Shown: one piece after another, positions 1 to 8,942 of the stretch
How the letters are laid out: the number at the start of each line of letters is the position of its first letter
Numbering within the stretch: the stretch's first letter is position 1
NCBI RefSeq assembly: GCF_051201565.1
Contig: NZ_CP179200.1
Span: forward strand, 660,001-692,000
Direction: 5' to 3'
DNA length: 32,000 nucleotides
DNA from: Pseudothioglobus sp. nBUS_23
Lineage (GTDB): Bacteria; Pseudomonadota; Gammaproteobacteria; PS1; Pseudothioglobaceae
Made by a program: the position numbers and the translations under genes
Notes under the pieces: model-generated
What the model was told of the DNA's origin: nothing
The model's input: the letters and a program-made list of their open reading frames with translations, nothing else
The model's database searches: none

Positions 1-54
1 CAACTCTGACGAGCAGGACCACTATAAGTAAAAATCTGTAACAAGTGAAAAATG

Positions 55-90
55 AAAAGGGCGGTATTGATATACCGCCCTTTTTTTATT
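55..90. terminator. Bidirectional rho-independent terminator downstream of sucB (and of a convergent + strand gene ending just upstream)
   Basis: Perfect 9-bp GC-rich stem GGGCGGTAT (59-67) / ATACCGCCC (72-80) with a 4-nt loop. An A-run (55-58) lies on one side and a T-run (81-87) on the other. It sits about 20-30 bp past the sucB stop at 109. Confidence 0.65.
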
Positions 91-108
91 GTGGATTGAG
101 TTTTTATT

Positions 109-1239
109 CTAAACTTTTAGCAATAGTCTTGCTGGATCTTCAAGCGCTTCTTTGATTGATATTAAAAATTGAACCGCTTCTTTGCCATCAATTATTCTGT
201 GGTCATAAGACAATGCGAGATACATCATTGGCCTGATGACAACTTCTTCGTTCACAGCGACAGGGCGATCCTGAGTTTTATGCATGCCAAGAATGGCGCT
301 TTGTGGTGAATTCAAGATCGGAGTAGACATGAGTGAACCAAAGACCCCGCCGTTGGATATGGTAAAGGTACCCCCGCTCATTTCTTCAATGCCTAGGGTT
401 CCATCTTGGGCACGAACAGCAAAGTCTACAATGCCTTTCTCAATGTCATGCATGCCCATTTTATGGGCATCACGAAGCACTGGAACGACCAGGCCGCGAT
501 CAGATGACACTGCCACAGAAACGTCACAGTAAGCATGATAGACAATATCCTCGCCATCAATGTAGGCATTGACCGTTGGAAACTTTTTGAGCGCTTCTAC
601 TGCAGCTTTGACAAAGAAAGACATAAAGCCGAGCTTAACAGAATACTTTTTCTCAAAGGCCTCTTTGTAGCTCGCTCTCATTGAGAGTATCTCAGTCATA
701 TCAACCTCATTAAAGGTTGTCAGCATTGCTGTATTTTGTGTCGCTGAGTGAAGCTTGTTGGCAATAGTCTTTCGAATTCGTGTCATAGGCACTCTCTCTT
801 CCATTCGGTTACCTATCGGCTTTGAATTGGAAGGCTCGGGAGTGGGCTCAGAGGCAACTTCAGGAGTGTCTGGAGTATTGTCTTGTTCTTTTGCAGTACT
901 CTCTTGAATTGCTTCAGGTTCATTGCTCTTTATAGGAGAGCTCTCTTCCACTTTTTCTTCAGACTGATCTTGACTCTCTTTAGATTGAATATCTTCAGAA
1001 TCAGCCTCGTCATCAATGAGTCCTAGTACCTGTTGCTCAGATACAGTTTCTCCTTCTTCAGCTGTAATTTCAGATAAAACGCCAGCTTCTTCTGCAGGGA
1101 CCTCTAAAACAACTTTGTCCGTCTCTATTTCAACAATGACATCATCAAGCTCAACGTAGTCACCTGGTTTCTTATGCCATGCGGCAACCGTTGCCTCAGT
1201 TATTGATTCTGGCAGAACAGGTACTTTTATTTCTTTCAT
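109..1239 (-). CDS. sucB: Dihydrolipoyllysine-residue succinyltransferase, E2 component of 2-oxoglutarate dehydrogenase
   Basis: 376-aa ORF with one N-terminal lipoyl domain (EIETDK42VV lipoyl-lysine motif). The C-terminal acyltransferase core carries the catalytic [13 protein letters not shown] motif. Its start forms an ATGA overlap with the sucA stop. Confidence 0.93.
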   Translation of the reverse strand: MKEIKVPVLPESITEATVAAWHKKPGDYVELDDVIVEIETDKVVLEVPAEEAGVLSEITAEEGETVSEQQVLGLIDDEADSEDIQSKESQDQSEEKVEESSPIKSNEPEAIQESTAKEQDNTPDTPEVASEPTPEPSNSKPIGNRMEERVPMTRIRKTIANKLHSATQNTAMLTTFNEVDMTEILSMRASYKEAFEKKYSVKLGFMSFFVKAAVEALKKFPTVNAYIDGEDIVYHAYCDVSVAVSSDRGLVVPVLRDAHKMGMHDIEKGIVDFAVRAQDGTLGIEEMSGGTFTISNGGVFGSLMSTPILNSPQSAILGMHKTQDRPVAVNEEVVIRPMMYLALSYDHRIIDGKEAVQFLISIKEALEDPARLLLKV

Positions 1240-3932
1240 TTTTTAACGCTCCTGGCTTTATCTATAGGCTGAAGACCTAATGCTTTTTCAATGATATGAC
1301 TCTGATTGATGTTGTGAAGTCTGACACTGCCTTCTGCAGGTGCGGCGTAGAGATCACGAGCAACAACATGAAGGGTTTGACCTTTGGTAAGGTTTCTCAT
1401 AAAGTTATGTCTGGAAGTGTACCATGCGCCCTGATTAATCGGCTCTTCCTGGCACCAAATAATATCCTTAGCATTGGTAAACTTTTTAATTTCCAATGTG
1501 AGGGCTTCGTGAGGGAACGGGTAGAGCTGCTCGACTCTGAGAATTGCTACATTATTGAGTTGATCATCCTGACGCCTAGTTAAAAGTTCATAGAAGACCT
1601 TGCCACTACAAAGAACGACTCTATCGACTTTTTTGGGTTTGATGTTGTCATAACGCTCTTCAATTACAACTTTAAATTTTTCATCTGTAAACCTAAAGAG
1701 AGGAGATGAGGCAAGTGGATTTCGAAGTAAGCTCTTTGGCGTCATGATAATAAGCGGCGCTCGGAACTTTCTCAAAATCTGTCTTCTCATGAGATGAAAT
1801 ATTTGAGCTGCAGTCGATGGCACGCAGACCTGCATGTTGTGACTGGCACAAAGCTGAAGAAAACGCTCAAGTCGACCTGAAGAGTGCTCAGGTCCCTGTC
1901 CCTCAAGGCCATGAGGCAGAAGCATAACAAGGTTCGAAAGGCGACCCCATTTGGCCTCACCGGACGATATAAATTGGTCAATGATAGCCTGCGCTCCATT
2001 AACAAAGTCACCAAACTGTGCCTCCCAGATGACTAGTGATTCTGGGTTAGCGGTTGCGTAACCGTACTCAAACCCAAGAGCTGCCTCCTCAGACAAGATT
2101 GAGTCAAAGATTTGGACTCTGCCTTGCTTTTCGCTAATATTTTTGAGCGGGGTATACTGTTCATTTACAAGTTGATTATGAAGGACCGCATTCCTATGAA
2201 AGAATGTTCCCCTTCCGCAGTCCTGTCCGGTTAATCTGATCGGAACACCATTCTCTGTCAGGCTGGCAAAGGCTAGAGTTTCGGCAAACCCCCAGTCAGC
2301 ATTAATTTTGCCATCCGCCATTTTTTGCCTATCCTGCATTATTTTTTTAACGCGGGGATGAATTTCAAATCCATCAGGAATGTGTTGTAGTTTTTTGTTT
2401 AAATCTTTAATGCGCTTTTTACTAATAGCTGATTCATAAGGGTCATGCCAAGTAACATCAAAGTAATCCGCCCAAAGCAGCTCCCAAGCCCTTTTGTTTT
2501 TGGGCTCTAAAATGTTGTAAGCGACTCTGTTTCCTGCCTTGAGTTCTTTGCGGTAATCTTTGACCATGGCGTCTACTTCTGTTTGAGAAATAACACCTTG
2601 CTTCATCAGTGATGCTGCATAATTAACTCTGGTAGTAGGTAAGTTACGAATCGCTTCATACATCAGTGGCTGAGTTACCGCAGGTTCATCAGCCTCGTTA
2701 TGACCATGTCTTCGATAGCACATCAAATCAATCACGACATCTTTCTTGTAGCGCATCCGGTAGTCCAGTGCTAGCTTTGTGATAAAGCTCACCATCTCTG
2801 GATCCTCAGCGTTGACATGAAAGACAGGAGCATTGATCATCTTAACAACATCCGTGCAGTAATCTGTTGACCTGGCATCATCCTGCTTGGATGTTGTAAA
2901 TCCAATTTGATTGTTGATAATAATGTGAACCGTTCCCTGAGTTCTATAGCCTCTGGATTGAGACATATTGAGTGTCTCCATGACCACTCCCTGTCCCGAG
3001 AAGGCCGCATCTCCATGAATAAGGACTGGAAGAATTTGCTGTCTCTCAGACTCGTCATTTTTATCTTGATGGTATCTTGCATAGCCCTCAATTACTGGAT
3101 TGACTAACTCCAGGTGAGAGGGGTTAAACATGAGAGCAAGGTGAACATCTTTTTTTGAAGTTTGAATGTCTGAGGAAAAGCCTTGGTGGTACTTGACATC
3201 TCCAGTTTGCTTTTTACTGAGGCCAAGATCGCCAGCAAACTCCTTAAAAAGATTCTCCGCTCTTTTGCCCATAATATTGATGAGTACATTGAGCCTGCCT
3301 CTGTGAGCCATTCCAAGACAAATCCGCTTCATCGCGTGCTCACCAGAATGCTCAATCAAAACGTTCAGGAGCGGAATAAGCGTATCACTCCCCTCTAGTG
3401 AAAATCTTTTTTGACCGACATACTTATTGTGAAGGAACTTCTCAAATACTTCGGCAGCAGTGATCCTCTGAAGTAACCATTTTTTGTATTCTGGAGTATT
3501 ATCACTCTCCAACGACATGGTTTCAATTTTAGTTTGAATCCATTTTCTTTCTTCAAGATTGGGAATATGCATGTATTCGACGCCAAGACTACTGCAATAA
3601 GTTTTGTTGAGAGAGTCAAATAGCTCTCTTAGGGTTGTGCAGTTTGGACCTTGGTAAGAGCCCATATCAAACGTTTTATCTAGATCGGACTCATTGAGTC
3701 CAAACTCCTCTAAAGTAAAGGGTGGTGTGGAGTGGTGTCTGGGTCTTTGCAGAGGGTCCAACTTTGCTCTTAAGTGGCCAGAAAATCGAAACGCATAGAT
3801 CAGCCTTAAAACGCCCAGTTGAGCGGCGCTTTGGGTTGGTCTCGTCTGCGCTACATTAGATTCAAAATTTGATTCGCCATAACTTATAAAGCGACTGACC
3901 ACATCCTCATGCGAGTTAGAATTCTCTTTCAT
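1236..3932 (-). CDS. sucA: 2-oxoglutarate dehydrogenase E1 component
   Basis: 898-aa ORF colinear with gammaproteobacterial SucA. Shared motifs are [48 protein letters not shown] and [19 protein letters not shown] lies 5 nt upstream of the ATG, and an in-frame stop lies 5 codons upstream of the start. Confidence 0.95.
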   Translation of the reverse strand: MKENSNSHEDVVSRFISYGESNFESNVAQTRPTQSAAQLGVLRLIYAFRFSGHLRAKLDPLQRPRHHSTPPFTLEEFGLNESDLDKTFDMGSYQGPNCTTLRELFDSLNKTYCSSLGVEYMHIPNLEERKWIQTKIETMSLESDNTPEYKKWLLQRITAAEVFEKFLHNKYVGQKRFSLEGSDTLIPLLNVLIEHSGEHAMKRICLGMAHRGRLNVLINIMGKRAENLFKEFAGDLGLSKKQTGDVKYHQGFSSDIQTSKKDVHLALMFNPSHLELVNPVIEGYARYHQDKNDESERQQILPVLIHGDAAFSGQGVVMETLNMSQSRGYRTQGTVHIIINNQIGFTTSKQDDARSTDYCTDVVKMINAPVFHVNAEDPEMVSFITKLALDYRMRYKKDVVIDLMCYRRHGHNEADEPAVTQPLMYEAIRNLPTTRVNYAASLMKQGVISQTEVDAMVKDYRKELKAGNRVAYNILEPKNKRAWELLWADYFDVTWHDPYESAISKKRIKDLNKKLQHIPDGFEIHPRVKKIMQDRQKMADGKINADWGFAETLAFASLTENGVPIRLTGQDCGRGTFFHRNAVLHNQLVNEQYTPLKNISEKQGRVQIFDSILSEEAALGFEYGYATANPESLVIWEAQFGDFVNGAQAIIDQFISSGEAKWGRLSNLVMLLPHGLEGQGPEHSSGRLERFLQLCASHNMQVCVPSTAAQIFHLMRRQILRKFRAPLIIMTPKSLLRNPLASSPLFRFTDEKFKVVIEERYDNIKPKKVDRVVLCSGKVFYELLTRRQDDQLNNVAILRVEQLYPFPHEALTLEIKKFTNAKDIIWCQEEPINQGAWYTSRHNFMRNLTKGQTLHVVARDLYAAPAEGSVRLHNINQSHIIEKALGLQPIDKARSVKK

Positions 3933-4326
3933 TATTCCTATGATTTATGGGAGAAGATTTGTGATGTTTTTTAATTTTTTGGTACAGGTGAAGTTCGCCA
4001 ATATTGCTGATTATTAGCATGCAATTTTGCATTTGCTGTTGAATTAAAATATTCACAATTTGTGAGTTTAATTTTTTTAATCAAATTATATAGAGATTAG
4101 GCGCTCCCATTGCTTAATTATTTAAAAATTTGCATTACAAATAGTAGGGAAATCCAGATCAAAAATAAGACTTTTATTGAGTTTGTTTATTCTGTTTTCT
4201 TGAATATACAGTTTTCATAGAAAACAATCATCCAAACTAAGTTATTCATAGTAAAAAAATTTAAATATCAATTTAAAATATAAACATCTTCAGAGAAACA
4301 GTAAAATTTAAAGCAATTTGAGTTAA

Positions 4327-5352
4327 ATGAATACCATGAACAATTTTCTTAAGATGCTTCAAGACAAGAGCCACATCTTAGCTGATGGAGCAACTGGTAC
4401 AAATTTATTCGGGATGGGTCTCGAGACTGGTGACCCTCCAGAGCCATGGAACATAGATCACAAAGATCGAATACGATCTTTGCACCAAGGCTTCGTTGAT
4501 GCGGGCTCAGATTTGTTTTTAACGAATAGTTTTGGGGGAACCTCTTATAGACTCAAACTACATAATCTAGAAAAGAGAGTCTTTGAACTCAACAAAGCGG
4601 CAGGAGTTATTGCAAGAGAGGTGGCTGATCAGGCCGATCGGTTGGTTATTGTTGCCGGCTCTATGGGGCCTACTGGTGAAATGATTGAGCCACATGGTTT
4701 GATGACACCTCGGGAGGCAACAGACGCCTTTAGGGCCCAAGCTGAAGGTCTGGCAGAGGGCGGAGCAGATGTATTATGGCTTGAGACCATGTACGCGATG
4801 GAAGAGTTAGAAGCTGCAATGGAGGCTGTTAAGGATATTGGGCTTCCAGTCTGCGCAACAATGAGTTTTGATACGGCTGGAAAGACGATGATGGGCATTA
4901 CCCCGTCCAACCTTGCCAAAAAATCTAAGGATCTTAATTTGAGTGGTTTCGGTGCTAACTGCGGCATTGGTGCGCCAGATCTTTTAGCAACCATCAACGA
5001 TATTTCTAAAAATGTTGACCCTGGAACCATTGTTATTTCGAAAGCCAACTGCGGCATTCCTGAATTTGTTGACGGCAACATTACATACTCAGGGACCGAA
5101 GAGCTCATGTCTGAGTATGTGCAGATTGCTATAAATTCTGGTGCCAAAATTATTGGGGGTTGCTGCGGCACTAGTTTTGATCATGTAAAGGCCATGCGAA
5201 AAGCAATGGATGAGCATGTTGTTTCCCCTCCTCCATCGCTCGAAGAAATAGAAGCAAGGGTTGGGCCTATGTCTGAAGGCTCAAAGTCAATTTTTCAGGG
5301 TGATGACTCTAAGCCCAAAAAGCAGAGAAGAAGTAGGCGTTCGAGAGCTTAG
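4327..5352 (+). CDS. Homocysteine S-methyltransferase family protein (stand-alone MetH-N-terminal-like Hcy-binding barrel), possibly betaine-homocysteine methyltransferase
   Basis: 341-aa ORF with an LADGATGT N-terminal motif and zinc-ligand cysteines in GANCGIG and IGGCCGT. No pterin or B12 domains follow. It ends in a basic tail, KPKKQRRSRRSRA. Confidence 0.75.
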   Translation: MNTMNNFLKMLQDKSHILADGATGTNLFGMGLETGDPPEPWNIDHKDRIRSLHQGFVDAGSDLFLTNSFGGTSYRLKLHNLEKRVFELNKAAGVIAREVADQADRLVIVAGSMGPTGEMIEPHGLMTPREATDAFRAQAEGLAEGGADVLWLETMYAMEELEAAMEAVKDIGLPVCATMSFDTAGKTMMGITPSNLAKKSKDLNLSGFGANCGIGAPDLLATINDISKNVDPGTIVISKANCGIPEFVDGNITYSGTEELMSEYVQIAINSGAKIIGGCCGTSFDHVKAMRKAMDEHVVSPPPSLEEIEARVGPMSEGSKSIFQGDDSKPKKQRRSRRSRA

Positions 5353-5443
5353 TTGGATTATTCCTCTATAAAATTTAAAATACTTTAATCTATTAATTTT
5401 CCCTGTAGTATAATTTTTTTTATTCTTAGTAAATTATTCTATT

Positions 5444-6094
5444 GTGGCTACCTCAAATAAACCAATACCTAAAGAGAAGGGCGTATCCATTATCAATAAA
5501 AATCTTCCAAGTTTTGGAAGTGATAAGCAGTTAGAGGCTTCTATAGGTAAGCAGGTGCGTATGGCAAGAAAAAATGCCGGGGTAACGCTCCAGCAACTGT
5601 CGAAGCAGTCACTCCTCTCTGCAAGTATGCTCTCAAAAATTGAGAATGGCCAGATTAGTGCATCCCTTAAAACAATCCAGTTGATTTGTCATGCACTCAA
5701 TATTTCTATTACCTCACTATTTAAGCAGCATGATAAAGATGTAGAGCCGACCTTTATCAAATCAGGTAACGGGTTAACGATAGAGAGGGCTGGTTCTGAT
5801 GAGAGTCGACACTATCAATTGCTTGGGCACACTGTTGGAGGGTCCCTAAAGGTTGAACCTTGTTTAATTACAATCACTTCTCGAGATTATGAGTTTCCTG
5901 AGTTTCAGCATAAAGGGGTAGAGTTCATCTATATGCTCAAAGGGCAGATGGATTATTTTTATGGTAACAAGGTCTACCACTTCAAAAAAGGTGACTCGCT
6001 CTATTTTGATTCTGATACGCCCCATGGCCCTAAAAAGATTATTAGTGATGAGTGCCAGTTTCTGACCATTATCTCCTCCAATACGTCTGACTGA
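5444..6094 (+). CDS. XRE-family transcriptional regulator with C-terminal cupin sensor domain
   Basis: 216-aa ORF with an HTH_3-like segment (VTLQQLSKQSLLSASMLSKIENGQ) and a cupin segment (GVEFIYMLKGQMDYFYGNKVYHFKKGDSLYFDSDTPHG). The start is a GTG with no clear SD, so the exact start is uncertain. Confidence 0.8.
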   Translation: MATSNKPIPKEKGVSIINKNLPSFGSDKQLEASIGKQVRMARKNAGVTLQQLSKQSLLSASMLSKIENGQISASLKTIQLICHALNISITSLFKQHDKDVEPTFIKSGNGLTIERAGSDESRHYQLLGHTVGGSLKVEPCLITITSRDYEFPEFQHKGVEFIYMLKGQMDYFYGNKVYHFKKGDSLYFDSDTPHGPKKIISDECQFLTIISSNTSD

Positions 6095-6238
6095 TCAAAT
6101 CATTAATGATTTAGTCGATTTATAATCAAAAAAAACCTTCCTTTATATAAAAACTTTGCAGTTTTTTTCTTGTTTTTTGTTAAAAAAATAGAAGAAAATC
6201 AAAACTTTATTTAATTTCTTTAAAATAAAAAAAATTTC

Positions 6239-6268
6239 TTGACAATGGAATATCAACAGGAGTATACT
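6239..6268 (+). promoter_or_regulatory. Candidate sigma70 promoter for the gmaS-mgsABC operon
   Basis: TTGACA (6239-6244), an 18-nt spacer and TATACT (6263-6268), preceded by long A/T tracts resembling an UP element. It implies a leader of about 180 nt before the ATG at 6455. Confidence 0.35.
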
Positions 6269-6454
6269 CCAATCTTAATTTACTGAAACCTAGCTTTTTT
6301 AGGGTTATAAATTGATTCAAGTTTGGAGTGTTTTTATCAATTATTAAAGGTAAATTGTCTGGTTTTTATTTGGGTTAATTAATTACGAATCTAAATAGAA
6401 TCTACTAGGGGGCAAATCTTAAAAAGATTTTTTTTATTTTTTCGGAGAGATTAA

Positions 6455-7933
6455 ATGACAGATTTAGAACAACACGTTAATGAACCTGGACGCGATAAAC
6501 TTGTAAAAGAAGTAAAAGCAAAAATCGATGCTTTAGGTGTTACATATGTATATTATCAATTTGTATCAGTAACCGGCCGTATTGTAGGTAAAGGTATCCC
6601 TGCACGCCACTGGGAAAGATTGGCTGAGAAGGGATTTCAATTAGTTTACGGATCAACAGCAAACTTATTTGTGGATCGCCATGGAAATTATATTGGTTAT
6701 GGTCCAGAGTCATCAGAACTTGTGGGCATTCCTGACCCAGATACTTTTTGTCAACTTCCGTGGGACAAGAGAGTTGCAAGAGTTTTTTGTAGACTTTACA
6801 GGAACCGTGAAGAGCGTGAAAATCCGGGGGCAGCCTTAACTTCTGACTGTAGAGGAAATCTTTACAGACTGCACAAAGAATTCCAAGATCAGTACGGACT
6901 AGATATGCGTTGTGGAACTGAGCCTGAAATGATGTGGCTTAAGCGAGGCGAAGATGGTGGTACTAATGGCGGAGTCACGAAGCCGAACTGTTACCACATC
7001 GATCAATTTGAAGAGCTTCGCCCAGTATTCATGAAGGTAATTGAGTACTCTGAGCAAATGGGCCTTGATATTATCCAGGGTGACCACGAAGACGCACCAG
7101 GTCAGTTAGAGCTTAACACTCAGTTTGATGACGTTTTACGAAATGCAGACCGATTGACAACTTACCGTCAAATTTGTGCTCAGGTGGCTCGTGAGTTTGG
7201 CCTTATTGCATGTTTTATGAGTAAACCTTTTATGGGTGTTTCGGCTTCAGGCTGTCACCACAACATGTCATTATGGAAGGGTGGTAAAGATGTTTTTCAT
7301 CCTGAGATTGCTGCAGGCGATGGTGAGCTTCCTGGAATGCCAGGAGTCTTTACATATAAAGAAGGTGGTGAAAATACATTTATGCCAGATCCATCTATTG
7401 ATGAAAAAATGCCTGGTCCAATTGGTCTGAATTCAATTGGAGGTGTGATTAAGCATTTACCAGCATTAACGTCAATTGGATCTTCAACAGTGAACTCATA
7501 CAGAAGATTATGGGATACAGGTTTCTGGGCTCCAATCTTTGCTGACTGGGGTTATCAAAATAGAACTTGTGCGCTTCGTGTTTCTGCGCCAGGTCGTTTT
7601 GAGTACCGCTCTGTTGACTCTATGGTTAATCCATACCTAATGGGTTCTGCGCTTCTTAAAGCAATGGGTGATGGAATCGATAACAATATCGACGCAGGTG
7701 AGGCTGAAGAGAGAAATATTTATGAGGCGATGGAGGCTGGTAAAGACGTTAAGAAATTACCAATGTCTCTTGGTGAGGCAATGACCGAGCTTGCCAATGA
7801 TGAGGTCATTAAGTCTGCTATGCCGGATGAGATGTATAAGGTTTACCACCATTACAAGACTGATGAGTGGGAGCGTTTCAATCACACAGTTACAGATTGG
7901 GATATTGAAACTTATTTGGACTGCTTGCCATAG
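6455..7933 (+). CDS. gmaS: Glutamine synthetase family protein (GlnT/type III-like), probable gamma-glutamylmethylamide synthetase
   Basis: 492-aa ORF with GS catalytic motifs EPEMMW, HEDAPGQLELN, SGCHHNMSLW, NSYRRL, NRTCALRV and EYRSVDSMVNPY. GGAGAG SD lies 6 nt upstream. It sits directly upstream of the three mgs genes, which is the canonical NMG-pathway context. Confidence 0.7.
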   Translation: MTDLEQHVNEPGRDKLVKEVKAKIDALGVTYVYYQFVSVTGRIVGKGIPARHWERLAEKGFQLVYGSTANLFVDRHGNYIGYGPESSELVGIPDPDTFCQLPWDKRVARVFCRLYRNREERENPGAALTSDCRGNLYRLHKEFQDQYGLDMRCGTEPEMMWLKRGEDGGTNGGVTKPNCYHIDQFEELRPVFMKVIEYSEQMGLDIIQGDHEDAPGQLELNTQFDDVLRNADRLTTYRQICAQVAREFGLIACFMSKPFMGVSASGCHHNMSLWKGGKDVFHPEIAAGDGELPGMPGVFTYKEGGENTFMPDPSIDEKMPGPIGLNSIGGVIKHLPALTSIGSSTVNSYRRLWDTGFWAPIFADWGYQNRTCALRVSAPGRFEYRSVDSMVNPYLMGSALLKAMGDGIDNNIDAGEAEERNIYEAMEAGKDVKKLPMSLGEAMTELANDEVIKSAMPDEMYKVYHHYKTDEWERFNHTVTDWDIETYLDCLP

Positions 7934-7960
7934 GCCAGTTTCTTTTAAGTTTATTTAGAG

Positions 7961-7987
7961 TGCCCGCCTAACGGCGGGCAATTTTCA
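7961..7987 (+). terminator. Intra-operon GC-rich hairpin (partial terminator or mRNA stabiliser) after gmaS
   Basis: Stem TGCCCGCC (7961-7968) / GGCGGGCA (7973-7980) with loop TAAC, followed by ATTTTC. It lies in the 70-bp gap between gmaS and mgsA. Confidence 0.45.
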
Positions 7988-8003
7988 GGGAAAGGGAGAT
8001 TAT

Positions 8004-8942
8004 ATGTGCGGAATAGCAGGAATTATTCATAAGAATGCCGGCAAAGATGTCAACATTGGTGAGCAAATGACAGCAATGTTGCAGGCTTTGAAGCATAGGG
8101 GTCCAGATTCAACTGGATATGCTATGTATGGTGAAGATAATGGGAACCATGTGGTTAGGTTTAAGGTTGCTGAGGCAGCTGACCTTGAGGGAAGTTTTGA
8201 TATACACGCTGCGATTGAAGATAGAATCGCTGCTGTTAACTCGAGAATGGAAGATCTAGGTGCAAAGATTGTAAAGAAAGAGAGCGCAACTGAGTACTCG
8301 CATCGCTATGAGATTCAATTCTCTGGAGATATGAAAAAGTTGGCTGACTTTGTTGAAGATATTGAAGGTGTTGAGATCCTTTCAATTGGAAATTCACTCG
8401 AATTAATTAAGGATCTTGGGGATGCTGCAGAAGTTTCTGAGCAGTATGGACTGAATGATTTTAATGGCACACACGGAATTGGACACACGAGAATGGCAAC
8501 CGAGTCAGATGTTGATATTCGCTCTGCACACCCATACTGGGCATATCCATTCAGTGATGTCTCTGTTGTTCATAATGGACAGCTAACAAACTACTGGACG
8601 AATAGACGTGCTCTAGAGCTTAAAGGGCATCGCTTTTCTTCAAACTGTGACTCTGAACTTATTGCGGTTTATATAGCTGACAGAATGAATCAAGGTTCAG
8701 ACCTTGAAACGGCTATGAAGGATTCTGTTGAATATCTAGACGGTGTATTTACATATTTGGTTGCAACTAGGGATCAACTTGGCATGGCTAAGGACGTTAT
8801 GGCCGCCAAACCTATGGTTGTCTACGAGGGTGATGACATGATTGCTTTGGCTTCTGAAGAGGTGGCAATCAGAACGTTGTTTGATCATCACATTGAAACA
8901 TTTGACCCATATCACGGGGAGGTAAAAGTATGGCAAAACTAA
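8004..8942 (+). CDS. mgsA: Class II (Ntn) glutamine amidotransferase-like protein, N-methylglutamate synthase subunit A
   Basis: 312-aa ORF starting MCGIAG (Cys2 nucleophile), similar to the GltB N-terminal domain. GGGAG SD is present. It is the first of the GATase / GXGXG / FMN triad. Confidence 0.8.
   Translation: MCGIAGIIHKNAGKDVNIGEQMTAMLQALKHRGPDSTGYAMYGEDNGNHVVRFKVAEAADLEGSFDIHAAIEDRIAAVNSRMEDLGAKIVKKESATEYSHRYEIQFSGDMKKLADFVEDIEGVEILSIGNSLELIKDLGDAAEVSEQYGLNDFNGTHGIGHTRMATESDVDIRSAHPYWAYPFSDVSVVHNGQLTNYWTNRRALELKGHRFSSNCDSELIAVYIADRMNQGSDLETAMKDSVEYLDGVFTYLVATRDQLGMAKDVMAAKPMVVYEGDDMIALASEEVAIRTLFDHHIETFDPYHGEVKVWQN

Noticed and set aside
2-31. Possible 3' end of a + strand gene (..NSDEQDHYK*) before the bidirectional terminator
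   Set aside because: Only 9 codons are visible. They cannot be identified or even confirmed as coding.
3933-4326. Search for SAM-II/SAM-V, THF or glycine riboswitch-like sequences upstream of the methyltransferase, folD (18828-18942) and the sox-type operon (22636-22989)
   Set aside because: I found no conserved core elements that I can recognise by eye, and these spacers have very few G/C positions for the required helices. A covariance-model scan would be needed to exclude them formally.
4629-5171. 180-aa ORF on the minus strand, fully inside the methyltransferase gene
   Set aside because: It is antisense to a well-supported CDS and Ala/Pro/Ser-rich, with no motif and no SD. It is a typical shadow ORF of a coding region.
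6246-6287. 13-codon upstream ORF (MEYQQEYTPILIY*) in the gmaS upstream region
   Set aside because: It overlaps the predicted -35/-10 elements and so would not be transcribed from that promoter. It also has no SD.
6414-6442. Hairpin AAATCTT-AAA-AAGATTT followed by a T-run just upstream of the gmaS SD (possible attenuator)
   Set aside because: The stem is 7 bp and almost all A/T in a region that is about 80% A+T. It is too weak to call a terminator.
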